A DNA stretch of 64,000 nucleotides from Candidatus Levyibacteriota bacterium (GCA_027334565.1 DAHWUP010000002.1:13203-77202), one strand, 5' to 3'. Numbered from the stretch's first letter, positions 19,729 to 30,087 are shown. The notes: generated by a model not told the origin, from the sequence alone. Translations and numbers: made by a program.

Positions 19729-20213
19729 CGTACAGTGATCACTCCCGCTGAACTTACATTTACGGTTTTGGATAGGCCGTTTTCCGAAAAAACATAATTT
19801 CCGCTGCCGGATACATTTCCCGTCAATAACAGGAAAATAATATCGTCCCAACCGCCGGTAACTCCGGGGAAAACTACGGTTGTTCCGAAACTTTTGGTAA
19901 ATAAACCGTCCTGTACGGTTCCGCAATCGGCATAAAGAGTATACTTGGTTTTCCATACCCTGACGCGGTAATCCTGCAAGGGTTTACCGGCACAATTTGC
20001 GTCAGTTGGCACAACCTGAGAATATGCATTCGATTTGGCGGTATTTAGGGTATTGACAAAATCCGACAGATCCTGCTGAAAAGCCTGGCTTTTATTATAA
20101 TTTACGAATGCGCTGACACCTACCGCCGAAATTATCCCAATTAAAGCGATGACAACCAGAAGTTCGATCAGGGTAAAACCCTTTGCGGCGAGCAGTAAAC
20201 CGTTTCTATTCAT
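19725..20213 (-). CDS. minor pilin (FimT/GspH-like)
   Basis: G|FTLIELL motif, LNTAKSNA. Confidence 0.85.
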   Translation of the reverse strand: MNRNGLLLAAKGFTLIELLVVIALIGIISAVGVSAFVNYNKSQAFQQDLSDFVNTLNTAKSNAYSQVVPTDANCAGKPLQDYRVRVWKTKYTLYADCGTVQDGLFTKSFGTTVVFPGVTGGWDDIIFLLLTGNVSGSGNYVFSENGLSKTVNVSSAGVITVR

Positions 20214-20219
20214 AAAATC

Positions 20220-20681
20220 TTAGGGATTGGTTACCGTGTATGTAATTCCCGTTCCTCCGGCCACTGAACAAGACGCACCTCCGGCTGCTTGGGGATCGTT
20301 AACATTTTCCAGGCAGGCGGAAAGCGTATAAGAAACAACAGGTGTACCGCCGGGAGTATAGATATATGAACCTCCTTTGGGGTCTGTAGGAATAATCGAC
20401 ATGTAAATGATCGAACAATCAGGACTGCCAAACTTACCGGAGCAATCGTTTAAAAGCGCGGGGTAACTTCCGTTGTCCGAACGATACATCTCCAATGCGG
20501 ACTGAATTCGCCTCAAATCGGACTTCCTTTGCGTATCCCTCGCTTTTTGTAATTGCCCGAGCGGATTGACAATCACTATCAGTGTTCCCGCCATAATCCC
20601 GAGTATCGCAATCACAACGGTAAGTTCAATCAGCGTAAAACCCGCATGAGGATATGTAAACCGCTTAATTGTTCTTATCAT
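20220..20681 (-). CDS. GspG-like pilin
   Basis: G|FTLIEL, KARDTQRKSDL..IQSALEMY...YP, PTDP. Confidence 0.88.
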   Translation of the reverse strand: MIRTIKRFTYPHAGFTLIELTVVIAILGIMAGTLIVIVNPLGQLQKARDTQRKSDLRRIQSALEMYRSDNGSYPALLNDCSGKFGSPDCSIIYMSIIPTDPKGGSYIYTPGGTPVVSYTLSACLENVNDPQAAGGASCSVAGGTGITYTVTNP

Positions 20682-20726
20682 ATATTAATAGCCTAGCATA
20701 AATTTGATACGCTTGTCTATCGATTG

Positions 20727-21521
20727 CTATAATCCAAAAATCTTAAAGAATAAATAATTGAGCCGGCTTTGAAAAAAAAGCGTAAGAAAAGATCCTGCAA
20801 CCAGAAAAGGTCCGAAGGGCAGTGCGCTTTGAAATTTCTTTTTTTTAAGGAAAATCAAAAACAGGGCGCCTATTGCTCCTAATATGAAGGCCAGGTAAAG
20901 CGCAATGAATATTCCGGGAAAACCAAAAAACAATCCCAAAACAAACGACAGTTTTACATCACCACCTCCCATACCTTCTTTTCTTGTAAACAAATAAAAA
21001 ATATAAGAGACTGCGACAAAAAACAGCAAGCAGCCTATACCGGAAAGCAAGTGATTTACTATCACCGAAAGCGGGTTAAAAGAAAGCCAAAGTAAAATTA
21101 AAACAATGTCGAATATTAATATCGAATCGGGAATTATGCCTTTTTTAAAATCGATAAAAAATATTAAGATAAAACTGGAAATCATGGCTAGCAGATAAAA
21201 AAAGTAAAACAAAAACCTTAAATTTATTAGCGTAAGGGGAGTAATGAATATAAAAACGGCTATTGCAAACAAAAAACCCGTTACCAACTCTATTAAGGGA
21301 TAAAATAAAGACAATTTAGTTTTGCAGTAATGACATTTACCTTTCAGATAAACATAGGAAAAAATAGGAATCAAATCATACCAGGCAAGAATGTGTTTGC
21401 AGGTCTCGCAATATGAGCGGCCTACAAAAACAGACTCATGACGGGGAAATCTGTTAATTACTACGCCTAAAAAGCTCCCGATAAATAGACCGAATAAAAA
21501 CGCAAGAAAGACGTACATCAT
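20727..21521 (-). CDS. pilD: prepilin peptidase (A24)
   Basis: GSFL, RSYCETC...CHYC zinc sites, GMGGGDVKL, LPFGPFL. Confidence 0.95.
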   Translation of the reverse strand: MMYVFLAFLFGLFIGSFLGVVINRFPRHESVFVGRSYCETCKHILAWYDLIPIFSYVYLKGKCHYCKTKLSLFYPLIELVTGFLFAIAVFIFITPLTLINLRFLFYFFYLLAMISSFILIFFIDFKKGIIPDSILIFDIVLILLWLSFNPLSVIVNHLLSGIGCLLFFVAVSYIFYLFTRKEGMGGGDVKLSFVLGLFFGFPGIFIALYLAFILGAIGALFLIFLKKKKFQSALPFGPFLVAGSFLTLFFQSRLNYLFFKIFGL

Positions 21522-21551
21522 TATATATATCTTATTATATAAAAACCGGAT

Positions 21552-22100
21552 TTAATAGAGGGTTATACCGGCCGCAGGGGCCGTTGTGGCTGAGGCGATA
21601 CATCCTACGCCCGCTTTTCCTTGCGTAGAATCGTAGACAAACACTGCAGTTTGGCCTGTTGTACATTTGGCTTTAGTGAACGACTGATTAGATTCCGCGT
21701 CGGTCCAGACCAGGAAATTGGAAGTCCCGTTCTCCGAATAACAGAAAGTTCCTTGTGCGGCGGTGCCGGCCATTGTACCTCCGCAATTTGAATTTTGGGT
21801 AGGTGCCGTAATCGTATTCTTGATATCCTGAGAGTAAACAAGCACATTTTGCCAACCGGTAGAGAAGTTTGCGCCTGCAGGAGCTGTGCTTAACAACCCG
21901 GATTGTGCCGTGTAATAAGCCTGCACCGCGTGCCCCAACTGAGCTACATCGGAAAGCCTTCCGGAGTCCCTACCTCTTGCCAACTGTTCCAAAGGATTGA
22001 TGGCAACCAAAACTACGGCTGCCAAAATACCCAAAACTGCGATTACAATTAAAAGCTCGATCAGGGTGAAGCCTTTTGAGGATTTATATAACTTCTTCAT
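21552..22100 (-). CDS. type IV pilin (candidate major pilin)
   Basis: MKKLYKSSKG|FTLIELLIVIAVLGILAAVVLVAINP; own TTGACA promoter; ATG 22100 preferred. Confidence 0.88.
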   Translation of the reverse strand: MKKLYKSSKGFTLIELLIVIAVLGILAAVVLVAINPLEQLARGRDSGRLSDVAQLGHAVQAYYTAQSGLLSTAPAGANFSTGWQNVLVYSQDIKNTITAPTQNSNCGGTMAGTAAQGTFCYSENGTSNFLVWTDAESNQSFTKAKCTTGQTAVFVYDSTQGKAGVGCIASATTAPAAGITLY

Positions 22101-22202
22101 GTATATATAATGATATACATACATTTTAAAGTCTGTCAAGAGTCAATTTAAGGCCAGATATTTGAACTTGATAAATTAAGTTTTGAAAATGCCTTTGATT
22201 TA

Positions 22203-23414
22203 TTATTGGTTTCCAACCGAATTGATGAGGCTATATATCGGAGTGATCACCGAAATCAACAGGAAGGCGACACCTGCTCCCAGAATGATCATAATGATGG
22301 GTTCAAGAGCGGTTGTTAAGGTCTTGACCATCTGATCCGCCTCGCTCTCATAGTATTCCGAAGCTTTCATCAGACCCTCGTCGATCTTACCGGTCTGTTC
22401 GCCAACCTCAACCAACTGTATCAGCATTGGGGGAAATAATGTATAGCTGGACATCGAATCACCTATTCCGACGCCCTTTTCGACCATTTTTGCTACATCG
22501 ATAATGGCGGATTTATATAGAACGTTTCCCGTCGTATCCGCCGTTTCAAGCAAAGCCTGAACTACCAATGTGCCGGTGCCGACCAGAAGGCTTAAAGTCC
22601 TCGTAAATTCTGCCAGAATCGAATTGGAAAATAGCTTTCCGAATATCGGCAATCTTAGCAGTGCGCTATCGTAGATGAACCTGCCGTCGGTCGTATTTAT
22701 CCATTTTCTGAACGCAAAAATAACCACTGCAATAATTGCCAATACGACAGGCCAAGCTGTTACGATGAATTTTGACACATCCAACACTATCTGCGTAGGC
22801 AAAGGGATAGACACATTCATAGACGTGTATAAATCACTTAGTTGCGGTATCACGAAAAAAGTCATGATCATCATCACTCCGAACATCATGATGATGACAA
22901 TCGCAGGATACATCAATGCCGATTTTATTGTTGACTTAAGTTGTGACTGCCTCTCCATGTTCTCGGAAAGCCTCAAAAGTACCTTATCCAACAGCCCTCC
23001 CTGCTCACCGGCTTTTATCACCGAAACATAAATGGGCGTAAACACTTTAGGGTGCTTTTCTACCGCCTGACCCAAAGTTTTACCCTCCTGAACGTCATTG
23101 ATTATAGAGGTAATTACTTCGACGAAAGCCTGGTTCTTAATTTGGGCCTTTAAAAGTTCCAACGATTTTACCACCGTCAGACCCGAGGAGAGCATCGAAG
23201 AAAGCTGACGGGTAAAGATGATCAAATCCCTTGAACCGACCTTTTGTGACAAGAACGGCAAGTCGGACCAGAATTTATTGTCGATGCGGTCGATTGAAAT
23301 CGGCATCAGCGCTTTTTGTCTTAAATATTCGGCCGCGTCATCAATCGATTCCGTATCCAATAATCCGCGGGAAACATTTCCGTTATTATCTGTCGCTTTG
23401 TACCTGACTCTCAT
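22203..23414 (-). CDS. pilC: type IV pilus platform protein PilC/GspF
   Basis: FTRQLSSML, GEQGGLLD, YPAIV, GEQTGKID, LEPIIM. Confidence 0.95.
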   Translation of the reverse strand: MRVRYKATDNNGNVSRGLLDTESIDDAAEYLRQKALMPISIDRIDNKFWSDLPFLSQKVGSRDLIIFTRQLSSMLSSGLTVVKSLELLKAQIKNQAFVEVITSIINDVQEGKTLGQAVEKHPKVFTPIYVSVIKAGEQGGLLDKVLLRLSENMERQSQLKSTIKSALMYPAIVIIMMFGVMMIMTFFVIPQLSDLYTSMNVSIPLPTQIVLDVSKFIVTAWPVVLAIIAVVIFAFRKWINTTDGRFIYDSALLRLPIFGKLFSNSILAEFTRTLSLLVGTGTLVVQALLETADTTGNVLYKSAIIDVAKMVEKGVGIGDSMSSYTLFPPMLIQLVEVGEQTGKIDEGLMKASEYYESEADQMVKTLTTALEPIIMIILGAGVAFLLISVITPIYSLINSVGNQ

Positions 23415-23424
23415 ATAAAGATTC

Positions 23425-24492
23425 TTATTCTATCAAGCGCATCAATTCCTCAGTTCGAAGAGCATAGGCTTTGGCGGTTTCGATACTAACCGCCCCGGAC
23501 ATAACCAGCTGTGATAAAGAATGCTCAAGCGAGATCATTCCCGCATCCTGAGAGGTCTGGATGATCGAATCGATTAAATGCGTTTTTCCTTCCCGGATGG
23601 TACTTGCAACAGCCGAAGTGCCGACCAAAACCTCCACTGCGGGTATCCTGCCTCCGTTGACCATCGGGATCAACCTTTCCGATACCACTCCTTTAAGAGT
23701 AGCAGCCAGCTGAACCCTGACTTGCGCCTGTTGGCTGGCCGGAAAAGCATCGATTATCCTGTCTACCGTTTGTGCGGCAGAATTGGTATGCAAGGTGGAG
23801 AAGACCAAATGACCTGTCTCGGCGATGGTTAGTGCCGACGCGATGGTTTCGGGGTCCCTCATCTCACCCACAGAAACAACATCGGGATCCTCCCGAAGCG
23901 CCGACCTTAAAGCCATATTCCATGAATGGGTATCCACATCCATTTCTCTTTGGGAAATGATGCTTTTACCAGGAGGATAAACATACTCGATCGGATCTTC
24001 GATGGTCAGAATATGATTCGCAGTTTCAAGGTTTATCTCGTTGAGCATGGAAGAAATGGTTGTGGATTTACCGTGACCCGACGGACCGGTTACCAAAATG
24101 AAGCCTTGTTTAAGTTGAGCGAATGCGTGGCAAATCTTGGGTAAGTGGAGTTCCTCGACCGTTTTAATTTTCGGCTGCAGATATCTGAACGCAACACTCA
24201 TCAAACCTCTCTGATAATAAATATTGGCCCTGAACCTTCCCAGATCGCCATAAGCGCCTCCGCCAAAACCGAAGGAAAAATCGATTTCCTTGTTATTTAT
24301 CAACAGCTCCTTTTGTTCCGGTTTTAAAATCCCCATGAGCATCATCTCGATGTCTTTGGCTGCAAGCTGATTGTAACTTGTCAGATACCTTAATTCTCCG
24401 TCGATCCTTATCGCCGGATAATTTCCCGGTAAAAGGTGTAAATCCGATGCATTATTTTTAATTGTTAAATCCAATAGTTCCTGTATCGACAT
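23425..24492 (-). CDS. pilT: pilus retraction ATPase PilT
   Basis: ASDLHL, GPSGHGKST, TIEDPIE, ALREDPD, AETGHLVFSTLHT, TIREGK. Confidence 0.95.
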   Translation of the reverse strand: MSIQELLDLTIKNNASDLHLLPGNYPAIRIDGELRYLTSYNQLAAKDIEMMLMGILKPEQKELLINNKEIDFSFGFGGGAYGDLGRFRANIYYQRGLMSVAFRYLQPKIKTVEELHLPKICHAFAQLKQGFILVTGPSGHGKSTTISSMLNEINLETANHILTIEDPIEYVYPPGKSIISQREMDVDTHSWNMALRSALREDPDVVSVGEMRDPETIASALTIAETGHLVFSTLHTNSAAQTVDRIIDAFPASQQAQVRVQLAATLKGVVSERLIPMVNGGRIPAVEVLVGTSAVASTIREGKTHLIDSIIQTSQDAGMISLEHSLSQLVMSGAVSIETAKAYALRTEELMRLIE

Positions 24493-24495
24493 AGT

Positions 24496-26241
24496 TTATT
24501 CCTGGGCAACCCTTAATACTTCCTCGATGGTCGTGACCCCGGCCAACACCTTCAGATAACCGTCCTGTTTCATGGTTATCATACCTTCAAGTATCGCCTC
24601 TTTTTCTATTGTACCAGAATCGGCGTGTTGTAAAATCAGCGTCGCGATTCTTTCGTTTATCGGCAATGTCTCAAAAATACCGATTCTTCCGATATAACCC
24701 GATCCGCCGCATTCCTGGCAACCCTTTCCTTTATAAAACTTTATTTTCCCGATATTTGCCGGGAAGTATTTACCCAACACGTTCTTTATCTCCGTGACCA
24801 GCGGGGGAGGAGGCGTCAGTTCAACTTTACAATGTTGGCAAATCTTGCGCACGATCCTTTGTCCGAGTACAGCATTCATGGTGGATGCCAGCAAAAAAGT
24901 CTCCGCACCAAGATCGAGAAGCCGGGGAAGTGCTCCGGCAGCATTTGAGGTATGCAGGGTTGAAAACACCAAATGTCCGGTCAAAGCGGCTTGAATAGCA
25001 AGTTCTGTAGTTTCCGGGTCCCTGATTTCTCCGACCAGAATGATATTCGGGTCCTGCCTTAAGAAAGACCTTAAGCCTTCCGCAAAAGTAAGACCCACCG
25101 CAGGATTTATCTGCACCTGATTGACCCCCTGCATTTGATATTCAACCGGATCCTCAAGCGTTGAAATATTAACCCTGGTTGTATTCAATTTGTTCAAAAC
25201 GGAATAAAGGGTGGTCGTTTTACCGGAACCGGTCGGACCTACTACAATGATTATACCATGGGGCCTAAGCATTGCCGTTTCCAGATTGCGCAAAGAAGAA
25301 CCGTTTAACCCCAGTTCTTCAAGCGTAGGTACGCCGCCGGATTTTCTTAAAAGCCTCATCACGATCTTTTCACCAAAAGTTGTCGGCAAGACCGAGATCC
25401 TCAGGTCAACTTCCTTATCGTCAACCTTGAAATTGAATCTACCGTCCTGCGGGATACGGTGCTCGTCGATCTTCATCTCGGACAAAATCTTGATCCTGGA
25501 AATAACCGCTTCCTGAACGCTTTTGGGCAACGACAATCTGTCGTATAAGATTCCGTCTATGCGGTACCTTACCCTGACCCGGTCTTCCATCGGCTCGATA
25601 TGAATATCCGACGCTCTGCTGTTGACAGCGTACTCGAGTATGGTCGAAACGATTTTTGCTATCGGCGCCTCTTTGATTATCTGGGCGATTTGTTGGGTAT
25701 CGACCGTTTTAATTTTGGAGGTGGTCTCAGTTTCTTTCAGGGCTTCTCCCACTTCCCCCACCAATTCCTGTCGGTATTGCTGGTCAATAGCCCGTTGAAC
25801 CTGCGTTTTTGAAGCCGCAAAGGCTTTAATGGTCTGACCCGATCTTTCCTTGACAAAAGTGATCGCCTCAAGGTCGACCGGGTTGGACATGGCAATAGAA
25901 AGGATTTTTGACTTCTCGTCATACAAAAACGGGATCAGCGAAAATCTTTCCGCGACCGAACGCGGAACAAAACCCAGGGCTTGGGGGGAAAACGATTGGG
26001 TGTCAAGCGAAACGAAAGGTATGTCAAAGACCTTCGCTTTTGCCTGCGCCAGTTTTTCTTCGGGAACAATATTCGAATCCTCGACAATGCTTTCTTCGGT
26101 TGCGCCACTTGAAGCACTTTTTACCTTAATGTCGTCGTATTGTTGTTTGGTTATGAGCTTTTCCGAAAATAACACATCGGCAATGGTTTTGGCGTCGGAA
26201 AAGCCGTCGGCACCTGATGATAAAGTTATCGTATCGGGCAT
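24496..26241 (-). CDS. pilB: pilus extension ATPase PilB/GspE
   Basis: ASDIHIEP, PQDGR, GPTGSGKTTT, LRQDP, CxxC...CxxC zinc site. Confidence 0.95.
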   Translation of the reverse strand: MPDTITLSSGADGFSDAKTIADVLFSEKLITKQQYDDIKVKSASSGATEESIVEDSNIVPEEKLAQAKAKVFDIPFVSLDTQSFSPQALGFVPRSVAERFSLIPFLYDEKSKILSIAMSNPVDLEAITFVKERSGQTIKAFAASKTQVQRAIDQQYRQELVGEVGEALKETETTSKIKTVDTQQIAQIIKEAPIAKIVSTILEYAVNSRASDIHIEPMEDRVRVRYRIDGILYDRLSLPKSVQEAVISRIKILSEMKIDEHRIPQDGRFNFKVDDKEVDLRISVLPTTFGEKIVMRLLRKSGGVPTLEELGLNGSSLRNLETAMLRPHGIIIVVGPTGSGKTTTLYSVLNKLNTTRVNISTLEDPVEYQMQGVNQVQINPAVGLTFAEGLRSFLRQDPNIILVGEIRDPETTELAIQAALTGHLVFSTLHTSNAAGALPRLLDLGAETFLLASTMNAVLGQRIVRKICQHCKVELTPPPPLVTEIKNVLGKYFPANIGKIKFYKGKGCQECGGSGYIGRIGIFETLPINERIATLILQHADSGTIEKEAILEGMITMKQDGYLKVLAGVTTIEEVLRVAQE

Positions 26242-26318
26242 TACTATTATAGTAATTAAAAATAAGTTATAATGTCAACCAGAAACAACGACTAAAAAAC
26301 AGTCTGTCGAATAATCGT

Positions 26319-26957
26319 ATGCAAAGCGTGATCATCCTTGGTACAACCGAGAAAACCAGGGAGAAAGCAAATCAGATCCTTTCCGAATACAAAATCTCGA
26401 ATTTTGACGCTTCGGTCTTTTCCTCGGATAAGGCAATCGGAATTCCGGAAGTCAGACTCCTGCAAAAAAATATTTTTCTAAAACCGTTTGCGTCGGAAAA
26501 GAAAGCCGTGGTTTTGGAATGCTTTTGCGGCGTCACCGTCGACGCTCAAAACGCGTTTCTTAAAGTTTTGGAGGAGCCTCCGACAGACACTATTATAATG
26601 TTACTTGCCACAAGCCTTGATTTTATCTTACCGACGGTTTTATCAAGGTGCAATTTGATCGACCTGACAAGCAGAATACAGCAGTTGCCCAAACAACGTA
26701 AGGAAAATTTAGAACTGCTGGAATCATTGGTCTTTAGCGCGGAAAATCCCTTGCTGATCGCGCAAAACTACGGCAAATCCAAAGAATCTGCCCTCAAGAT
26801 ATTGGAAGAATTGATCACCGCTGCCGAAGAAAAAATGCAGACCGATCATTCGCTGGCAAAAACGCTGAAAGAGCTTCAAAAAACTTATACTATTATCAAA
26901 TCCACCAACGTTAATGTCCGTTTTGCCCTGGAAAACCTATTTTTAAATCTTAAATAA
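26319..26957 (+). CDS. holB: DNA polymerase III delta-prime-like subunit (short)
   Basis: IGIPEVR, AQNAFLKVLEEPP, ILPTVLSRC. Confidence 0.8.
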   Translation: MQSVIILGTTEKTREKANQILSEYKISNFDASVFSSDKAIGIPEVRLLQKNIFLKPFASEKKAVVLECFCGVTVDAQNAFLKVLEEPPTDTIIMLLATSLDFILPTVLSRCNLIDLTSRIQQLPKQRKENLELLESLVFSAENPLLIAQNYGKSKESALKILEELITAAEEKMQTDHSLAKTLKELQKTYTIIKSTNVNVRFALENLFLNLK

Positions 26958-26963
26958 CCGTCC

Positions 26964-27617
26964 TTAAGCGTTACGGCAATAGGAGAAAAGCGAAAAGACA
27001 TTCCCGAATCCTTTTGAGAATATGCCGTGCATTATGCAGGGAAGGAAATCATGCAACCTTATCATTGCCAGAAATCCCAAACCAATCACCAAAATGAAAA
27101 GGGTAGCAAAGTTATTTTTGACGAACTCAAGGCTTAACATTTTATTCTTACCGCGTTTATCTTTTACCAGCGAAACGATATTAAGTAAAACCGCCAGAAA
27201 AGGAAAGAACAACACCCAAGTAAAAAGCACAGGTGCCCGGTAAAGAAATGTATGGCTAAAAAAATTATACGATTGTTGATTAATATGCCCCAAGTTTCCC
27301 TGCGCGACCCTGCTTGAAAAATCAATGACGGACATCAATAAAATGGGCAAAAGAAGAACTGCTCCGGCGATATTAAAATTGTTAAGATGAAAATATTTTT
27401 TCATACCGACCTCTTGCATTTCGTATATATTCTCAAAAATAATACCTTTTGATAAATCCATTAACTGAAACGTCCAAAAACCGGCCCCGGCTTTTCCCTT
27501 GGCTCTCAACTCGTCATGATATAAATCCTCAAGATCCAAGAGTATTTGACTTTTGAATCTTTGCCGGTAGCTTTCGGGATAAAAACGGAGTAATTTTTTA
27601 TATATTTGTTCATACAT
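26964..27617 (-). CDS. membrane protein coupled to PadR regulator
   Basis: LLRFYPESYRQRF N-terminal motif typical of PadR partner proteins; about 3 TM segments. Confidence 0.75.
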   Translation of the reverse strand: MYEQIYKKLLRFYPESYRQRFKSQILLDLEDLYHDELRAKGKAGAGFWTFQLMDLSKGIIFENIYEMQEVGMKKYFHLNNFNIAGAVLLLPILLMSVIDFSSRVAQGNLGHINQQSYNFFSHTFLYRAPVLFTWVLFFPFLAVLLNIVSLVKDKRGKNKMLSLEFVKNNFATLFILVIGLGFLAMIRLHDFLPCIMHGIFSKGFGNVFSLFSYCRNA

Positions 27618-27963
27618 AGCATAAGAAAAGTTTTAATGTTGCCGGATCTTCCAGGACATTGATCTTTTTTGCTCGATGAAGTGTTTCTTCATACCTTTGT
27701 AATTCGGACGAAAGATTTCTTCTGCCAAGCGACGTTAAGGTGTAATATTTTCTTCTGTCCTTTTCCCCGGCTTCTTTTACCCAACCGCTCTTAAGCATCC
27801 TTTTTATAGCGCCGTACAGCGTGCCCGGGCCCATGGCGACTTTCCCTTTTGAGTCGGTTTTGACCTGTTTCATGATATCGTAGCCGTGTCTATCCTTAAC
27901 CGCCAGAGAAAGGAGGATAAAAAGGACCTGTGGGGAAATAGAATCAATGGTTTTGCTATTCAT
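27610..27963 (-). CDS. PadR family transcriptional regulator
   Basis: ILLSL...HGYDIMK...GPGTLYGAIKRM...RRKYYTLT. Confidence 0.92.
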   Translation of the reverse strand: MNSKTIDSISPQVLFILLSLAVKDRHGYDIMKQVKTDSKGKVAMGPGTLYGAIKRMLKSGWVKEAGEKDRRKYYTLTSLGRRNLSSELQRYEETLHRAKKINVLEDPATLKLFLCYV

Positions 27964-27969
27964 GCCTTT

Positions 27970-27997
27970 ATTATATCACTTCGCGATATACTGTCAA
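27970..27997 (-). promoter_or_regulatory. padR promoter with overlapping inverted-repeat operator
   Basis: TTGACA-16-TATAAT, 6 nt to ATG; inverted repeat TATATCAC-ttc-GCGATATA at 27972-27990 (7/8 match). Confidence 0.7.
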
Positions 27998-28036
27998 GTC
28001 TACTAATATTTTCAAAAATTATGATAGAATAATTTT

Positions 28037-28243
28037 ATGAGCGCAGAAAATCTTGGTGAAAGGCCCCGAACCGCCTTGGAAATGTCCATACACTTGAGCA
28101 GATTATTGCCGCAAATGGGCATCCATCCCGAAGTGGCCCTTCATGAAGCACTTTTGCGGATGTCCGCTGAGAAAGAGCATGAACTGCCCTTTGAACGAAC
28201 ACAAACGGATGTTAACCAAAAAACCCGAAGCCCCGTGCTATAA
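28037..28243 (+). CDS. hypothetical protein
   Basis: 68-aa ORF; TAGAAT 6 nt before ATG. Confidence 0.6.
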   Translation: MSAENLGERPRTALEMSIHLSRLLPQMGIHPEVALHEALLRMSAEKEHELPFERTQTDVNQKTRSPVL

Positions 28244-28251
28244 TTTTCCCA

Positions 28252-29253
28252 GTGAGTAAAGCGGTGATCCCACATAAAGACGCAATTATCGATAAAGGTT
28301 CGTTCAGAAATGTAATGGCCCTTGCCCTTGATCCGTCAACACATTACAAAACCGGGCTCATCAGATGCATCACCAAAAGGACAGGCAAACTCCATGTCAG
28401 GGGCTATATCGATGAAAGCCTGCTGTATAAAGTTGAAAGAAGCGGCTTGGAACATTTTATAATCACCGACAGGTTAAAAATTGAAAATGAAAATGAATTG
28501 ATTAATAACTTAACCGGCGGCAGGAAGTTCTTGGGACTTGAGGATCCGGATATCTGGCTGGATGAAGAATCACAAAGGCTGCATGTTTATTACACCATTC
28601 CCTTTCTTGACGAAAACCGCAAAAAAACGGAGACCTACCTTGGCCACGCGGAAGGAAACGATTTGGATTCGTTAAAAATGACGGCGCCGCTTATTTCGCC
28701 CGATGCGCAAATCTCCCGCGCCAAAGAGGTTTCGATCGCTCCCAAAAATAGTCGGGGAGTGAGACTGAATTTAATTGAATCACGCGAAAGAAACGACACC
28801 ATCGATTATTCGACCGTACGCGTGGCGGTTGCCCCAAATCCTTCGGATAACTGGTCACTGGGGAATCTGGTGTTTCATCCAAAAACAAACGGTTACGATT
28901 GGTGCAGCGGCCACGCTTCGCCCGGTCCTATGTTTTCCAAAAATTTTATTGACGTCGGGAAGAACAAAGTGCTTGCGATACTAAACGGCCGCGAAAAAGA
29001 GGTCCGCAAAAACGGAAAAGCTTATTACGGAATGTTTTCGGTCGGACTGATGATCTATAACTTCGAAGAGGGTAAGATCGAATGGACCTCTAAGCAACCG
29101 CTTATTAAAGACCCAAACGCCAAAACTATCACTTTTGCCAGCCAGTTTGTGCAAACGAATGCAAATGAAGGAATTCTTTATGCACATATCGACGATTCAT
29201 TCGTGCGTGCATATACCCTCAGAGCCGATGGATTACGAAGTCTCCTACCGTAA
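28252..29253 (+). CDS. putative beta-propeller glycosidase/phosphorylase-like protein
   Basis: GLEDPDI motif, TFASQF...YAHIDD C-terminus reminiscent of GH130/GH43-type propellers; TATAAT 7 nt before GTG. Confidence 0.55.
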   Translation: MSKAVIPHKDAIIDKGSFRNVMALALDPSTHYKTGLIRCITKRTGKLHVRGYIDESLLYKVERSGLEHFIITDRLKIENENELINNLTGGRKFLGLEDPDIWLDEESQRLHVYYTIPFLDENRKKTETYLGHAEGNDLDSLKMTAPLISPDAQISRAKEVSIAPKNSRGVRLNLIESRERNDTIDYSTVRVAVAPNPSDNWSLGNLVFHPKTNGYDWCSGHASPGPMFSKNFIDVGKNKVLAILNGREKEVRKNGKAYYGMFSVGLMIYNFEEGKIEWTSKQPLIKDPNAKTITFASQFVQTNANEGILYAHIDDSFVRAYTLRADGLRSLLP

Positions 29254-29300
29254 CTTTGTCAAAAATATCACGCGGGACAGGAAATGGTATAATTCCAACC

Positions 29301-29561
29301 ATGCCGATAGCAGAAACACTTAGTAACTCTTTACATAATCAGCTAAACCGCGAAGTTGCTACCGCTTCAATTTTCGGTCTGGGTGGTATCGCACTCACCG
29401 TAGCGGGTCTTGATACAACAATCCGCGGATTTGAACATCAGGATTTAATCGGAATAGGTTTCGGAACTTTCGAACTGCTTTTGGCGACCCAACCGGCAAC
29501 GGATTTTAGACAGCATCTCCGTGCTCTCAATGCAACCCCTCACACGAATGGAAAAAAATAA
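29301..29561 (+). CDS. hypothetical small membrane protein
   Basis: ATG 29301, 7 nt after TATAAT; two glycine-rich hydrophobic stretches. Confidence 0.6.
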   Translation: MPIAETLSNSLHNQLNREVATASIFGLGGIALTVAGLDTTIRGFEHQDLIGIGFGTFELLLATQPATDFRQHLRALNATPHTNGKK

Positions 29562-29564
29562 TTT

Positions 29565-29816
29565 ATGAATCCTAAAGAAAGCTCAAAATTACAATTATTA
29601 AGAAGGATCGAACGTAACCCTCGCTCGGAACTCGGACAGACATTTCGCATGGTCAGAGATTTGCTGCAACAAACCGCAAGGGAACAAGATATGCTTGACG
29701 GGGGAAACGGCAGGACTTTTTACAGGTATACGCTCCGCGACGCTATCGACTTGGCCTGGGAAGAAGGGGAACCAAGCAACCTTAGTATCAGAAAATTATT
29801 CGATCAACCGCACTAA
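29565..29816 (+). CDS. hypothetical protein
   Basis: 83-aa ORF, 3 nt after the previous stop. Confidence 0.55.
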   Translation: MNPKESSKLQLLRRIERNPRSELGQTFRMVRDLLQQTAREQDMLDGGNGRTFYRYTLRDAIDLAWEEGEPSNLSIRKLFDQPH

Positions 29817-29877
29817 TCAGCTTATAGTAATATGGCTTGATTAGACTTAACCTTAACCCATGCGCTATAATTCGCAC

Positions 29878-30087
29878 ATGCGGAGCTTGGAATCGATGGA
29901 AAGGGCAACCCCGGAGTTTCAATCACTTTCATTAGCGGAAAAATTCAAAAGGACCCGTGAACTTTCGCAGGTGCTTGAATTGATACTGAACCGTGAACTT
30001 CCTTTGGAAGGCGCTCAGGAAATTGTCTCAATCGCTCTGGAAAGACACCTGGCGGGAAGAGTCTTAAGACATAAATTAAAACCGTGA
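29878..30087 (+). CDS. hypothetical protein
   Basis: ATG 29878, 6 nt after TATAAT. Confidence 0.6.
   Translation: MRSLESMERATPEFQSLSLAEKFKRTRELSQVLELILNRELPLEGAQEIVSIALERHLAGRVLRHKLKP

Noticed and set aside
19729-19956. N-terminal extension of the 237-aa ORF
   Set aside because: Overlaps the upstream pilin out of frame; the prepilin leader begins at 19728.
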